NCBI GenBank assembly: GCA_963662665.2
Contig: CAXXJS010000037.1
Location: forward strand, 1 to 64,000
Direction of reading: 5' to 3'
Origin: Candidatus Latescibacterota bacterium
GTDB taxonomy: Bacteria > Latescibacterota > UBA2968 > GCA-2709665
DNA length: 64,000 bases
How positions within the stretch are numbered: position 1 is the first letter of the stretch; every line of letters starts with the position of its first letter. The notes under the pieces were generated by a model. The model searched no databases. It saw only the letters and a program-made list of their open reading frames with translations, and was not told the origin of the DNA. Shown here in pieces: positions 40,810-50,504 of the stretch. The translations under genes and the position numbers were made by a program.

Positions 40810-41931
40810 CTATCCGCCGATAGCGGAATAATAGAGCTTCTCCGAGAGCGACGCCCATGGGGTGATTTTCTTCCTGAACGCGTCAAAGGAACCGTATACC
40901 TTCTTGCTCATCGGGTCGGCTTCCGCCACCTCGTTTTCGACCTCCACGGAGAACCGGCGCAGCGTCTCGAGGACCTCGTTGGAAAACCTCCGCAACTCAA
41001 CGTTGTGTTCTTCGGTGAGCTTTCGGAGATAGACGCTGTTCCTGGCCTCGAATTCGGAAAGCATCCATGCGTTCGATCGGGCCGCGGCAGCTTCCACAAT
41101 CTGTTGAAGATCGGATGGCAGTTGCTCAAATGCGAGCTTGTTGACGATCAACTCAAGCGCGGTACCGGGCTCGTGCCATCCCGGATAGTAATAATATTTC
41201 GCCGCCCGGAAGAAACCCATCAGGAAGTCATGGTAGGGTCCGATCCATTCGGTTGCGTCGATGACGCCTCGTTCCAGGTTGGTGTAGATCTCGCCTCCGG
41301 CAGAAAGCACGGCGGATCCGCCGGCCTTTGCGATAACCTTGCCGCCAAGCCCCGGGATGCGCATCTTCAGGCCGTGAAAATCGGCGATACTGTTCATTTC
41401 CCGATTGTACCAGCCGCCCATTTGAACCCCGGTATTGCCCACGGGCATCGCAATCAGGTTGAACGGGGCATACAGTTCCTGCCAGAGCTCCAGCCCGCCG
41501 CCACTGTAGATCCAGGCGTTAAGCTGTTGCCCGTTCATGCCAAATGGAACCGCCGCAAAAAACTGCGTGGCGGGCGCTTTGCCGGCCCAATAGTACGCGG
41601 CGCCGTGGCACATCTCAACGGTACCCTGGTTCACAGCATCGAAACCTTCGAGCGCCGGAATCAACTCGCCGCCACCGTAAACCGTAATTTTCAGTTGTCC
41701 GCCGGACATCACGTCGATCCATTTGGCCAACAAGTCCGCGCCTTCGCCAAGAATAGGAAAATGCGGCGGCCAGGTCGTTACCATTTTCCATTCGAATTTT
41801 CTCCTGGTATGTACGGCGGGCGCGTCTGACTCTTCCATTGAGGCGGGGCTGCAACCGGATAGAGCCGCTACGCCTCCGGCAACTCCGACGGAGGCCTTCT
41901 TGAGAAAATCACGGCGTTCGAACTTCTCCAT
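40810..41931 (-). CDS. dctP: TRAP substrate-binding protein (DctP/TakP-like), Tat signal
   Basis: RRDFLK twin-arginine signal, WKMVTTWP, GNTGVQMGGW, GLKMRIPGLGG, YYPGWHE. Confidence 0.92.
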   Translation of the reverse strand: MEKFERRDFLKKASVGVAGGVAALSGCSPASMEESDAPAVHTRRKFEWKMVTTWPPHFPILGEGADLLAKWIDVMSGGQLKITVYGGGELIPALEGFDAVNQGTVEMCHGAAYYWAGKAPATQFFAAVPFGMNGQQLNAWIYSGGGLELWQELYAPFNLIAMPVGNTGVQMGGWYNREMNSIADFHGLKMRIPGLGGKVIAKAGGSAVLSAGGEIYTNLERGVIDATEWIGPYHDFLMGFFRAAKYYYYPGWHEPGTALELIVNKLAFEQLPSDLQQIVEAAAARSNAWMLSEFEARNSVYLRKLTEEHNVELRRFSNEVLETLRRFSVEVENEVAEADPMSKKVYGSFDAFRKKITPWASLSEKLYYSAIGG

Positions 41932-42075
41932 TCAACTCCTCCGTGGAAGAATCCGTCGTCAAGTAGAACGGAAGTCAATCAACCAGACATGGTAGGTCGC
42001 GCAAGCGTCTATCGCAAGAAGAATGAGGACCCCTGTTCTCCTCCTTTTCGGAGAGACGGGGTTCGGGAGAAAGCA

Positions 42076-44811
42076 ATGAGCGAAACAGAAAAGAAGCTCT
42101 ACCTGCTGGACGGAATGGCGCTGGTTTACAGGGCTCATTTTTCCATGATCCGCAACCCCCGCATGTCCTCCACCGGCCTGAATACTTCCACCGTATTCGT
42201 TCTGACCAACACCCTGCTGGATATTCTGAACAATGCGGACCCCACCCACATCGGCGTTGTCTTTGACACGCCCGAACCGACCCACCGCCACAAGATGTTT
42301 CCCGAATACAAGGCCCAGCGCGAGGCCATGCCCGAGGACCTCAGTACGGCGCTTCCTTATGTTTTCCGCCTGTGCGAAGCGTTCAACCTCCCGGTTGTCC
42401 GCGTTCCCGGATGGGAAGCCGACGACGTGATCGGTACGCTCGCCAGGCAGGCGGAAGAATCCGGCTTTAACACCTATATGGTGACGCCCGACAAGGACTA
42501 CGGTCAGCTGGTTTCGGACCGCACTTTTGTCTGTAAACCGGGGCGTACCGGCGACGTGGAAGTTCAGGGCGTCAAGGAAATTCTGGATAAATGGAAGATC
42601 GAACACGTGGACCAGGTGATAGACGTCCTGGGCCTGATGGGCGACAGTTCGGATAACGTGCCCGGTGTGCCGGGTGTGGGTGAAAAAACCGCCCAGAAAC
42701 TGATCGGAAAGTATGGAAGCATTGAAAACCTGCTCGACCACGTGGACGAACTCAAAGGAAAACAGAAGGAACGCGTCGAAGAAAACCGTGAACAGGCTCT
42801 ACTCTCGAAAGAACTGGTCACGATAGACCGCGACGTGACGCTGGACGTCAAACCTGACGACCTGGCGCGCACGGACTGGAACGAAGAAAAACTGAAATCT
42901 CTATTTATCGAACTCGAATTCAATACCTTGGGCCAGCGCTTGTTTGGTGAAGCGTTCACAGCGGGTCCCACGTCCGCCACCGACAATGGCACAGGCGAAG
43001 TCCGAACCATCGAAGACGTGGAACATGACTACAGACTAATGGACACTCAGGAATCCCGTCGCGAACTCATCGCCGCGTTGAGCGAGCAATGCGCGTTCTG
43101 TTTCGACGTCGAAACCACCGGCCTGAATTCCAAGACCTGTGAGCTGATCGGCCTGGCTTTCTCGTATGAGGCGTACAAGGGATTTTACGTACCCCTTCCC
43201 CAGGTTCGGGACGAAGCGCTCGCGATTCTGGAAGCGTTTCGCCCGATTCTGGAAAATCCTGGAATTGAAAAAATCGGCCACCATCTGAAGTTCGATCTCA
43301 GCGTATTGCGCTGGAAGGGCTTCCGAGTTAATGGACCGCTGTTCGATACCATGCTTGCGGCCTATCTGGCCACGCCGGATCTCCGCCGCACCATGGACTA
43401 TCTTTCGGAAGCGCTGCTGGGATACCATCCCATTCCGATTTCGGATCTCATCGGTGAAAAGGGCGAGGACCAGCTGAGCCTGACGGACGTGCCGCTGGAT
43501 CAAGTAACGACCTACGCGGCGGAGGATGCGGACATTACCCTTCAGTTGAGCGAAGTCCTGAGATCCAGGCTTGAAGAAATGGGCCAGGTGCGGGTGTTCA
43601 GGGACGTGGAATGCCCGCTCATTCCTGCCCTTGTGGAAATGGAACACGAAGGCATCCGATGTGAAGCCGGCGTGCTTCGAGACCTGTCAGAAGGGCTTTC
43701 CGGTGAAATCGAACGCGCCAGGGAGGATATCTTCCAACTGGCGGGAGAGCACTTCGATCTCAACTCCCCGAGACAGTTGGGGGACATCCTCTTCGACAAA
43801 CTGAAACTCGATCCGAATGCGCGGCGCACAGCGAGGACCAAACAGTACCAGACCACGGAACAGGTTCTGCGACGGCTGGCGTACAAACATGAAATCGTGG
43901 AAAAGGTGATGTTCTACCGCATGTGCGCGAAATTGAAATCGACGTACGTCGACCAATTGCCCGGATCGATTTTCAAACCCACGGGCCGCGTCCATACAAA
44001 CTACGAAGCGGCGGTTGCCGCCACGGGCCGGCTGCAGTCTCACGGACCGAACATGCAGAATATCCCCATTCGAACCGAAATGGGCCGGGAAATCCGAAAA
44101 GCGTTTGTGTCTAGAGACGAAGACCATGTGCTGCTTGCCGCCGACTATTCGCAGATCGAACTCCGGGTGGCGGCCGAACTCAGCGGAGACGAAGCCCTTA
44201 CGGAAGTTTTCAGACAAGGCGGCGATATCCATACCGCGACCGCTGAAAGAATCTACGGCATCGAAGGGGCAACCGAAGATATGCGGCGACACGCGAAGAC
44301 CGTCAACTTCGGTATCATCTACGGGATCTCGGCGTTCGGCCTCGCCGATCGCCTGGACATTTCGCGCAAGCAGGCCGCGGAGCTCATCACCCACTACTTC
44401 GATCAGTTTCCGGGCATTCGTACCTACATGGACGAGACCATCGAGTTCGCCCGGGAAAACGGTTACGTGGAAACGGTCACCGGCCGCCGCCGCTATCTGC
44501 GCGACATCAACTCCCGAAACGCCACCACACGCAAGGGAGAAGAGCGAAACGCCATCAACTCACGTATTCAGGGCACGGCTGCGGATATGATTAAAATCGC
44601 GATGGGCCATATCCATCGCGAGATTCTGGAACGCGGACTCAGATCGCGAATGCTCCTGCAGGTACACGACGAACTGGTTTTCGATATGCACAAAGACGAA
44701 GCGGACGTCCTCCCGGGCATTGTGGAGAACGGGATGAAGACCGCCATTCCGATGCAGGTCCCCATCGTCGTGGAGATGGGTACGGGGTCCAACTGGCTGG
44801 ACGCGCACTGA
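42076..44811 (+). CDS. polA: DNA polymerase I
   Basis: 5'-3' exonuclease (LLDG, EADD, GDSSDN.PGVPGVG), 3'-5' exonuclease (FDVETTG, YAAEDA), polymerase (ADYSQIELR, KTVNFGIIYG, QVHDE). Confidence 0.98.
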   Translation: MSETEKKLYLLDGMALVYRAHFSMIRNPRMSSTGLNTSTVFVLTNTLLDILNNADPTHIGVVFDTPEPTHRHKMFPEYKAQREAMPEDLSTALPYVFRLCEAFNLPVVRVPGWEADDVIGTLARQAEESGFNTYMVTPDKDYGQLVSDRTFVCKPGRTGDVEVQGVKEILDKWKIEHVDQVIDVLGLMGDSSDNVPGVPGVGEKTAQKLIGKYGSIENLLDHVDELKGKQKERVEENREQALLSKELVTIDRDVTLDVKPDDLARTDWNEEKLKSLFIELEFNTLGQRLFGEAFTAGPTSATDNGTGEVRTIEDVEHDYRLMDTQESRRELIAALSEQCAFCFDVETTGLNSKTCELIGLAFSYEAYKGFYVPLPQVRDEALAILEAFRPILENPGIEKIGHHLKFDLSVLRWKGFRVNGPLFDTMLAAYLATPDLRRTMDYLSEALLGYHPIPISDLIGEKGEDQLSLTDVPLDQVTTYAAEDADITLQLSEVLRSRLEEMGQVRVFRDVECPLIPALVEMEHEGIRCEAGVLRDLSEGLSGEIERAREDIFQLAGEHFDLNSPRQLGDILFDKLKLDPNARRTARTKQYQTTEQVLRRLAYKHEIVEKVMFYRMCAKLKSTYVDQLPGSIFKPTGRVHTNYEAAVAATGRLQSHGPNMQNIPIRTEMGREIRKAFVSRDEDHVLLAADYSQIELRVAAELSGDEALTEVFRQGGDIHTATAERIYGIEGATEDMRRHAKTVNFGIIYGISAFGLADRLDISRKQAAELITHYFDQFPGIRTYMDETIEFARENGYVETVTGRRRYLRDINSRNATTRKGEERNAINSRIQGTAADMIKIAMGHIHREILERGLRSRMLLQVHDELVFDMHKDEADVLPGIVENGMKTAIPMQVPIVVEMGTGSNWLDAH

Positions 44812-44894
44812 CCTGGCGAAGCGCCCGTGTCAGGTTGTCGGCACGGCAACGCACCGATCAGACACCGGCGCATGCACGTTCTGCAGGCTGCCGG

Positions 44895-44922
44895 TTGACA
44901 CCGGCTGTTTTTGGTTTAGATT
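44895..44922 (+). promoter_or_regulatory. Putative sigma70 promoter
   Basis: TTGACA-N16-TAGATT upstream of the 45092 gene. Confidence 0.45.
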
Positions 44923-45091
44923 TCCTATTGAGAACAAACGTAGTGGAGAAGCGGCCCCGGCCCGGGTCATTGCGACGAAGAGCCATTCGAACAGGCATAC
45001 GGCAACGGATCGGGGACAGGGGACCGAAGGCGGCGAAGATTCGGCCGGGTCTCCTTCACGACGCCTTTCAACTCGAGATCAGGTAAATTTC

Positions 45092-46321
45092 ATGAAGCCC
45101 ATCGCCTACATTGCCCTATTGGGCTGTCTCCTGTGCCTCACCGCGGTCTGTTCAGACGTGAACCCGGCAAATGCACAGGAAACGCCGGCAACCGCCGGCG
45201 ACGTCACGGACCCTGCATCCCTTCGGGCGTTCGTGGAATACGCGAAAGCGCAACTGGATGACATCGCCGACGCCGCCGAACTGGCCGTCCTTTGGGGCAG
45301 CATGCGCCTCGAGGGAGACTGGAAGTCAGGGAATACCTACCTGATCGTTCTCAACAGCCGGGGGTCGGTGCTGTTCCACGCCGATCAGCCCGACGCCGAG
45401 GGAAATACCCTCCGGGGCATTGTCGACGCCAGGAGAGACAGCATTGGAAAGAATCTCCTCACGGAAGCAGCTGCCGGGGGCGGTTTTGTCGGGTACTATT
45501 GGGACGATCCCAACGTTGAGGGCGACGATGGCGGCCACCCCAAGGTGGCCTATGCCACGCAGTTTTTCTCGGAGCTAACCGACGAAAACTATATTCTGGT
45601 CGGCGGGTTTTACCAGGACCTGTCGAATCTGCCCGCCGGTGATCCCGTTTCCGTACCCCGCCCCGACGTCACGGCCGGCGAGGTGGTGGACCGCGAGACC
45701 CTGAAGGCCTTTGTCGAAAGCGCCCTCAAGGCCTTTTCCGTTGCGCTTGAGCGAATCGGACTGGAGAAGCTTACGACCATTCAGGAGGTCTTCAGAGTCG
45801 AAGGCGGGCACTGGAAGCACGGCTCGATCTATGCCTTCGTTTTTACAACCGGCGGGTACCTGGTCTTTCACGGGGCGGAACCCGAGCGCGAGGGGAGAGT
45901 CATCAACGTGGATGTTGAAGACGCCAACGGCGTCAAGATCGTACAGGAAATCATGAAAGCTGCGCGGGAAGGCGGTGGCTACGTCGAGTACGTGTGGGAC
46001 GATCCGACGGTTGATGAGGACGGAGACGGCGAGTTGCTGGGCGATACGGTGGGCTCATTCAAGGTGAGTTACGCGCTGCTCCACACCCATCTCGGCGAAG
46101 AATACATTATTGGCGCCGGCATCTACCGGCGCGGGCCCGACTTCGACGAGGACGGTGCGGTGGGTTTCGGCGACTTTCTTCTGTTTGCCAGGCATTTCGG
46201 GTTGAACAGGAACGACGCGGATTTCGACGGTCTGTACGATCTCAATAGCGATGGCGAAATCGGGTTTCGGGATTTCGTGCTCTTTGCGGCGGACTTCGGC
46301 AAACGGGTACGGTCGAATTGA
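45092..46321 (+). CDS. Secreted protein with two Cache-like domains and a C-terminal dockerin-like EF-hand pair
   Basis: Signal peptide; duplicated L.AFVE.A...G.WK.G..Y...FH...GGG.V.Y.WDDP...KV.YA; DFDEDGAVGFGDF and DLNSDGEIGFRDF. Confidence 0.8.
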   Translation: MKPIAYIALLGCLLCLTAVCSDVNPANAQETPATAGDVTDPASLRAFVEYAKAQLDDIADAAELAVLWGSMRLEGDWKSGNTYLIVLNSRGSVLFHADQPDAEGNTLRGIVDARRDSIGKNLLTEAAAGGGFVGYYWDDPNVEGDDGGHPKVAYATQFFSELTDENYILVGGFYQDLSNLPAGDPVSVPRPDVTAGEVVDRETLKAFVESALKAFSVALERIGLEKLTTIQEVFRVEGGHWKHGSIYAFVFTTGGYLVFHGAEPEREGRVINVDVEDANGVKIVQEIMKAAREGGGYVEYVWDDPTVDEDGDGELLGDTVGSFKVSYALLHTHLGEEYIIGAGIYRRGPDFDEDGAVGFGDFLLFARHFGLNRNDADFDGLYDLNSDGEIGFRDFVLFAADFGKRVRSN

Positions 46322-46495
46322 CGGCCTGTTTGACCGCGGGTTGTTGCGGCGGTGCTGAGCAAGAAAAAAAGGGAGGCGGCGAAGGACAGATTCACGGATT
46401 GGAAAGTGGCGACGCGAAGGGCGAATCGTATCGCCGTTTCGTCATTTGATCCCGGAACTGCCGTAAAATAAAACGGTCGGGTATTTAACACGCAT

Positions 46496-46532
46496 AAAAA
46501 GAAGGGCCGTGTGACTCACACGGCCCTTCTTT
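46496..46532. terminator. Bidirectional intrinsic terminator
   Basis: AAAAAGAAGGGCCGTGTG-ACT-CACACGGCCCTTCTTT between convergent genes. Confidence 0.8.
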
Positions 46533-46574
46533 CGTTGGTGATAGTGGAGCAGAGAATCCCCGAAACCATGGCTC

Positions 46575-48932
46575 TCAGTTTACCGTAAAGGTGTTCTCGC
46601 TGGCGTACGTTCCCCTTTCACCGTCAATCGTTATCTCGGCGACCATCCGGTATTCCCCGGCGCTGGTTGTCGAGTAGGGGCACAGCCCCACGCGCAGCGT
46701 TCGTTCAATATCGGCCCATGAATCGCCCTCTCTACGTTGCCACTTCGACGTGTGTGTCGTGTACGCCGAACCCTCAATGGATATGCCAATCAGCGTGATG
46801 CATTGCTCGGTTGTGGATAGTGCCAGGAATTGAACCCCTCCGTCCGACACCAGAAGCCCGGCCAGCGGTTGAATTTCCACGGGCATGGTTGTGGCTTCCT
46901 CGCAGTTTTCTCCGGTGGTTCGGTCGATGCCCTCCAGCCACAACTGAAAGCCCTCGTCAAGAGGCGCGCACAGCCCGGTGGCGTGAAACTGGATATCTTC
47001 CATGCCGTTCAGATTGGTCAGGCTGAACGGCAGCGCGCCCTTCAGGTCCGCATTATCGTTGACCCACAACTGGGCGAGGTCGGACAGGTTTCCAATGGAT
47101 TCAGGCAGTTCGCCGCTCAACGTATTCTCGGACAGGTCCAGCCATACCAGGGTGGACAATCTGCCCAATTCCGAGGGAATCGGTCCGGTCAGCTTGTTGG
47201 CGGCGATCCAGGCCACTTCCAGGGAGGCCATATCGGCCAGCGAACCCGGTATCTCGCCGGTCAGTTCATTCTTGTCTAGTTCCAGCCACCTGAGTTCGTC
47301 GAGGGCGCCGAACTCGGACGGAATCTCGCCCGTCAGCTTATTTTCGTTAAGCCTGAGCACTTCAAGGACGGCAATATCGGCCAATGTGGGTGGAATGGCT
47401 CCGGACAGGTCGTTTTCGTTAAGGTAGAGCCGTTGGAGGTGGGGCAGGTTGCCAAGCGCCCCGGGAATCTCACCGGACAGTCTATTCGAGCTTAGCCAAA
47501 TCATATTCACGTTGGTCATGTCGCCCAGTTCGGCCGGTATGGCGCCGGACAGTTGGTTTTCCGAGATATCCAGAAATAACAGGTTCGTCAGCTTGCCAAA
47601 TTCCGCGGGTATCTCGCCACTCAACGCATTCTTCCAAATCCACAGGATCTTGAGATTGGACAGATTTCCCAGTTCGGCAGGCATCTCACCGCTCAACTCG
47701 TTTTCGTCGAAATTCAGCCAGCGCAGTTCAGAAAGGTCTCCAAGTTGCGCGGGTATGGTTCCGCTCAACTGGTTGGCGTTGAGCGCCAGCCATCTGAGAC
47801 TGGACAGGTTTCCCAGTTCGGCGGGTATCTCACCGCTCAACGCGTTCCGGTGCAGATAGAGCGCTTCATTACGGGTAAGACTCCCCAATTCATGTGGAAT
47901 GGGACCGGAAATGCCATTCCGTTGAAGGTAGAGCCGTCTGAGATGCGAAAGGCTGCCCAGTTCAGAGGGGATTTCACCGGTCAGATTGTTCTCGCTCAGG
48001 CTTACTACCGAAACGCGACCGTCGAATGTGATGACGCCATGCCACGTGGAAACGTGTTTGTCGGTCAGCCAGTTGGTCCGTTCATTCCAGCTGTCTCCAC
48101 CCGTCGACCTGTATAGCGCCACCAGGGCGTCACGTTCCGCTGGGTCCACAAGCGGGGCGGGCGGCGGGAGTTCCTTTCCGAACTGAGCGGCGAATTCGAG
48201 AAAATCGCCGAGACCGACCGTCCCGTCGCCATCCAGGTCGAACCGTCCGTCGAAGGAATCCTCCTCCCGCTGAGCGCCGAAATTGCTCGCGAGCAGCAGA
48301 AAGTCGGAAAATAAGACAGTACCGTCGCCGTCGAAGTCGGCACGGTGTACGTCAAGGCCGGGAGACGGGGCCGCCGTACTGTCCTGCAGGGAAAGATCGA
48401 CGTCGAACGACGCGGTTTTCTCCCGGTATCGCCCGAGTTGAATGTCACCCCGGGCCAAACGGATCGTTGTGCTCGAAAAAGACTCGGACGTTCGAAAACG
48501 TATGGTGCCCACAAGGCCGTCTCTGGGCGTGGTGCGGCTCGCAAACGGCCAGACCGAAACCTCCACGGACTTCGGATGCGTTTCTTCCTTCGTCGTCGCC
48601 ACGGCATGGGTCATGATTCCGCCAACGTCGAACCTGTCGAAGAGGACCTGCCGAGCGTCGTATTCGAAGCGCATGGACACGACGGTCGCCCCCTGGATGT
48701 CATCGCCGAAGACCTGTATGGAAACGACGTCCCCGGCGGAGACTTCAAGTGACGTCGCGCCCTGATCGCCCTCCGCGCCATCCAGATCGGGAGAAAGCGA
48801 AAACAGACTCTGGGAAGAAACCGGCTGCGGGCCAATCCACAGGGCAATGGAAATGGTGACAGAGATCAGCAGCGCCGCCCCGCGGAAGTATCGGGCGGAC
48901 CAAAGCGATGGAGGAGTTCTCGATTCAGGCAT
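46575..48932 (-). CDS. Secreted cohesin-like + dockerin-like + plant-type LRR protein
   Basis: Signal/TM segment; cohesin-like VSIQVF..MRFEYD..GTIRF; DFDGDGTVLFSDF / DLDGDGTVGLGDF; ERDALVALY..W cap; about 14 LxxLxLxxNxLSGxIPxxLG repeats. Confidence 0.88.
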   Translation of the reverse strand: MPESRTPPSLWSARYFRGAALLISVTISIALWIGPQPVSSQSLFSLSPDLDGAEGDQGATSLEVSAGDVVSIQVFGDDIQGATVVSMRFEYDARQVLFDRFDVGGIMTHAVATTKEETHPKSVEVSVWPFASRTTPRDGLVGTIRFRTSESFSSTTIRLARGDIQLGRYREKTASFDVDLSLQDSTAAPSPGLDVHRADFDGDGTVLFSDFLLLASNFGAQREEDSFDGRFDLDGDGTVGLGDFLEFAAQFGKELPPPAPLVDPAERDALVALYRSTGGDSWNERTNWLTDKHVSTWHGVITFDGRVSVVSLSENNLTGEIPSELGSLSHLRRLYLQRNGISGPIPHELGSLTRNEALYLHRNALSGEIPAELGNLSSLRWLALNANQLSGTIPAQLGDLSELRWLNFDENELSGEMPAELGNLSNLKILWIWKNALSGEIPAEFGKLTNLLFLDISENQLSGAIPAELGDMTNVNMIWLSSNRLSGEIPGALGNLPHLQRLYLNENDLSGAIPPTLADIAVLEVLRLNENKLTGEIPSEFGALDELRWLELDKNELTGEIPGSLADMASLEVAWIAANKLTGPIPSELGRLSTLVWLDLSENTLSGELPESIGNLSDLAQLWVNDNADLKGALPFSLTNLNGMEDIQFHATGLCAPLDEGFQLWLEGIDRTTGENCEEATTMPVEIQPLAGLLVSDGGVQFLALSTTEQCITLIGISIEGSAYTTHTSKWQRREGDSWADIERTLRVGLCPYSTTSAGEYRMVAEITIDGERGTYASENTFTVN
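47000..48014 (-). repeat. Diverged 72-bp tandem repeats encoding 24-aa LRRs
   Basis: 24-aa periodicity of the LSGEIP..LG motif. Confidence 0.8.
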
Positions 48933-49189
48933 CGGGTTCTTTCTCCCTATTTGGTGCAGGAGTTCTCATTTTCCAGATATTATAAAACATAATTAAATAC
49001 TCTGATTTCAACAAGGGTATCGCGGGTCGTATTTATGTATCCCAGGTTTGCGCATGTGCGGCGCACAATTGACGGCCGTCAGCCAACTTTAGGACAATAG
49101 AAGGCCGCTCCATCGTCGCATTCATCGCGGAGACCCACACGTCCCTTCGACTTCCAGCGGTCTCAGTATTCACTGCTTAGTCGAATTAT

Positions 49190-49230
49190 ACAACATAAAC
49201 GTTGACAACAGAATTGTTGTATGATATATT
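49190..49230 (+). promoter_or_regulatory. Sigma70 promoter with two overlapping palindromic operators
   Basis: TTGACA(49202)-N17-TATATT(49225) with extended TG; ACAACA-N4-TGTTGT (49205-49220) and ACAACA-N4-CGTTGA (49190-49205). Confidence 0.7.
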
Positions 49231-49262
49231 TGCCTCCTATTCATCAAAAAAGGAGCGTACTA

Positions 49263-50504
49263 ATGAACTCATCCACGGGCCGCTGGGTTTGCGGCGATGA
49301 CTTTTTCAACCGTGATCGTGAATTGAAGATTCTGGAAACACTGGTCCGAGACGGAAACCACGTGCTGTTGACCGGACAGCGGAGGATGGGAAAGACCAGT
49401 ATCGTCAGGGAACTCGGTCGCCTACTCGAAGCCGACGGTTGGATCTTTCTCTTTGCCGATGTTGAAGGAGCGGCATCTCCAGAGGATGCGATTACTGAGA
49501 TTGCGAGGGCCGTGCTCCCCGTTCGTCCGGTAGCTGCCCGTTTTGCCGTTGGAATGAAGCGTTTCTTGACTGAAAGCTTAGAGGAAATCAACGCGCTCGA
49601 ATTTGCCGTGAAAATCCGTGCAGGGCTGAACGCCGGCAATTGGAAGCATCATGGTGAGCAGATGTTTAGTGTATGCGCCGAGCAGGACAGGCCGGTGCTC
49701 CTGGTCGTCGACGAACTACCCATATTTCTCAAACGAATGCTCCAAGCCGACGGCAACGCACGTCGTGTGGACGAATTCCTGAGTTGGATGCGCGGAGAAT
49801 TACAGATTCTTGAAGAAGGCGCTCCAGTTCTCATTGTGTCCGGCAGTATCGGTCTCGAACCACTCGTGCGGAGGCTCGGAATACCCGACCGCATCAACCA
49901 TTTCTATCCGTATCGGCTCGCGCCATGGGACCGTGCAACAAGCGTGAAGTGCTTCAACCGCCTTGCGGAAAGTTACAAGTTACCCCTGGAGGACGGAGTG
50001 GCCGATGCAGTGTATACTGCACTCGGGATCGGCATCCCCCACCACGTTCAATCATTCTTCACGCGTCTGCGGGAATTCGCCACCATGCACGAACGTAAAA
50101 GGGTGACGGTGAAAGACGTGGACCAGGTCTATCATAACTCACTCCTGGGACCTTCCGGCCAAAGCGACCTCGTGCACTACGAGACGCGCCTCATGGATGT
50201 GCTGGAAGATGAGAGCTACTCTATTGCGATGGAGATTCTCGCCGAAGCGGCGGTTGAGGGAGTGTTCACACCAGACGCGTATAGCTGTCTTGGCCAAATG
50301 TATTCCAGGCTCGTAAATGATGCACCTGCACGCATCGCCGATGTTCTTGATGTCCTGGAACACGACGGGTATCTCAAAGGCAGTGCCGACGGCCACCGTT
50401 TTGAGTCGCGTGTGCTCAAGGACTGGTGGGCATCCCGATTCAGAGATCACCATATCCCGATCCTGCGCCGCGAAGACAAAAGAGATTCAAAGGAGGCAGT
50501 GTAA
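49263..50504 (+). CDS. STAND/AAA+-like P-loop ATPase (archaeal-ATPase-like)
   Basis: FFNRDRE, Walker A GQRRMGKT, Walker B LLVVDE, SGS sensor, GIPHHVQ (GxP motif); AGGAG SD. Confidence 0.85.
   Translation: MNSSTGRWVCGDDFFNRDRELKILETLVRDGNHVLLTGQRRMGKTSIVRELGRLLEADGWIFLFADVEGAASPEDAITEIARAVLPVRPVAARFAVGMKRFLTESLEEINALEFAVKIRAGLNAGNWKHHGEQMFSVCAEQDRPVLLVVDELPIFLKRMLQADGNARRVDEFLSWMRGELQILEEGAPVLIVSGSIGLEPLVRRLGIPDRINHFYPYRLAPWDRATSVKCFNRLAESYKLPLEDGVADAVYTALGIGIPHHVQSFFTRLREFATMHERKRVTVKDVDQVYHNSLLGPSGQSDLVHYETRLMDVLEDESYSIAMEILAEAAVEGVFTPDAYSCLGQMYSRLVNDAPARIADVLDVLEHDGYLKGSADGHRFESRVLKDWWASRFRDHHIPILRREDKRDSKEAV

Noticed and set aside
47000-48014. Periodic repeats as a possible CRISPR array or DGR
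   Set aside because: In-frame 72-bp coding LRR repeats with no spacer structure, no cas genes and no RT or template repeat seen
49205-49220. NrdR box or known LexA box
   Set aside because: Poor match to acaCwAtATaTwGtgt and to the LexA motifs I know; no nrd genes nearby
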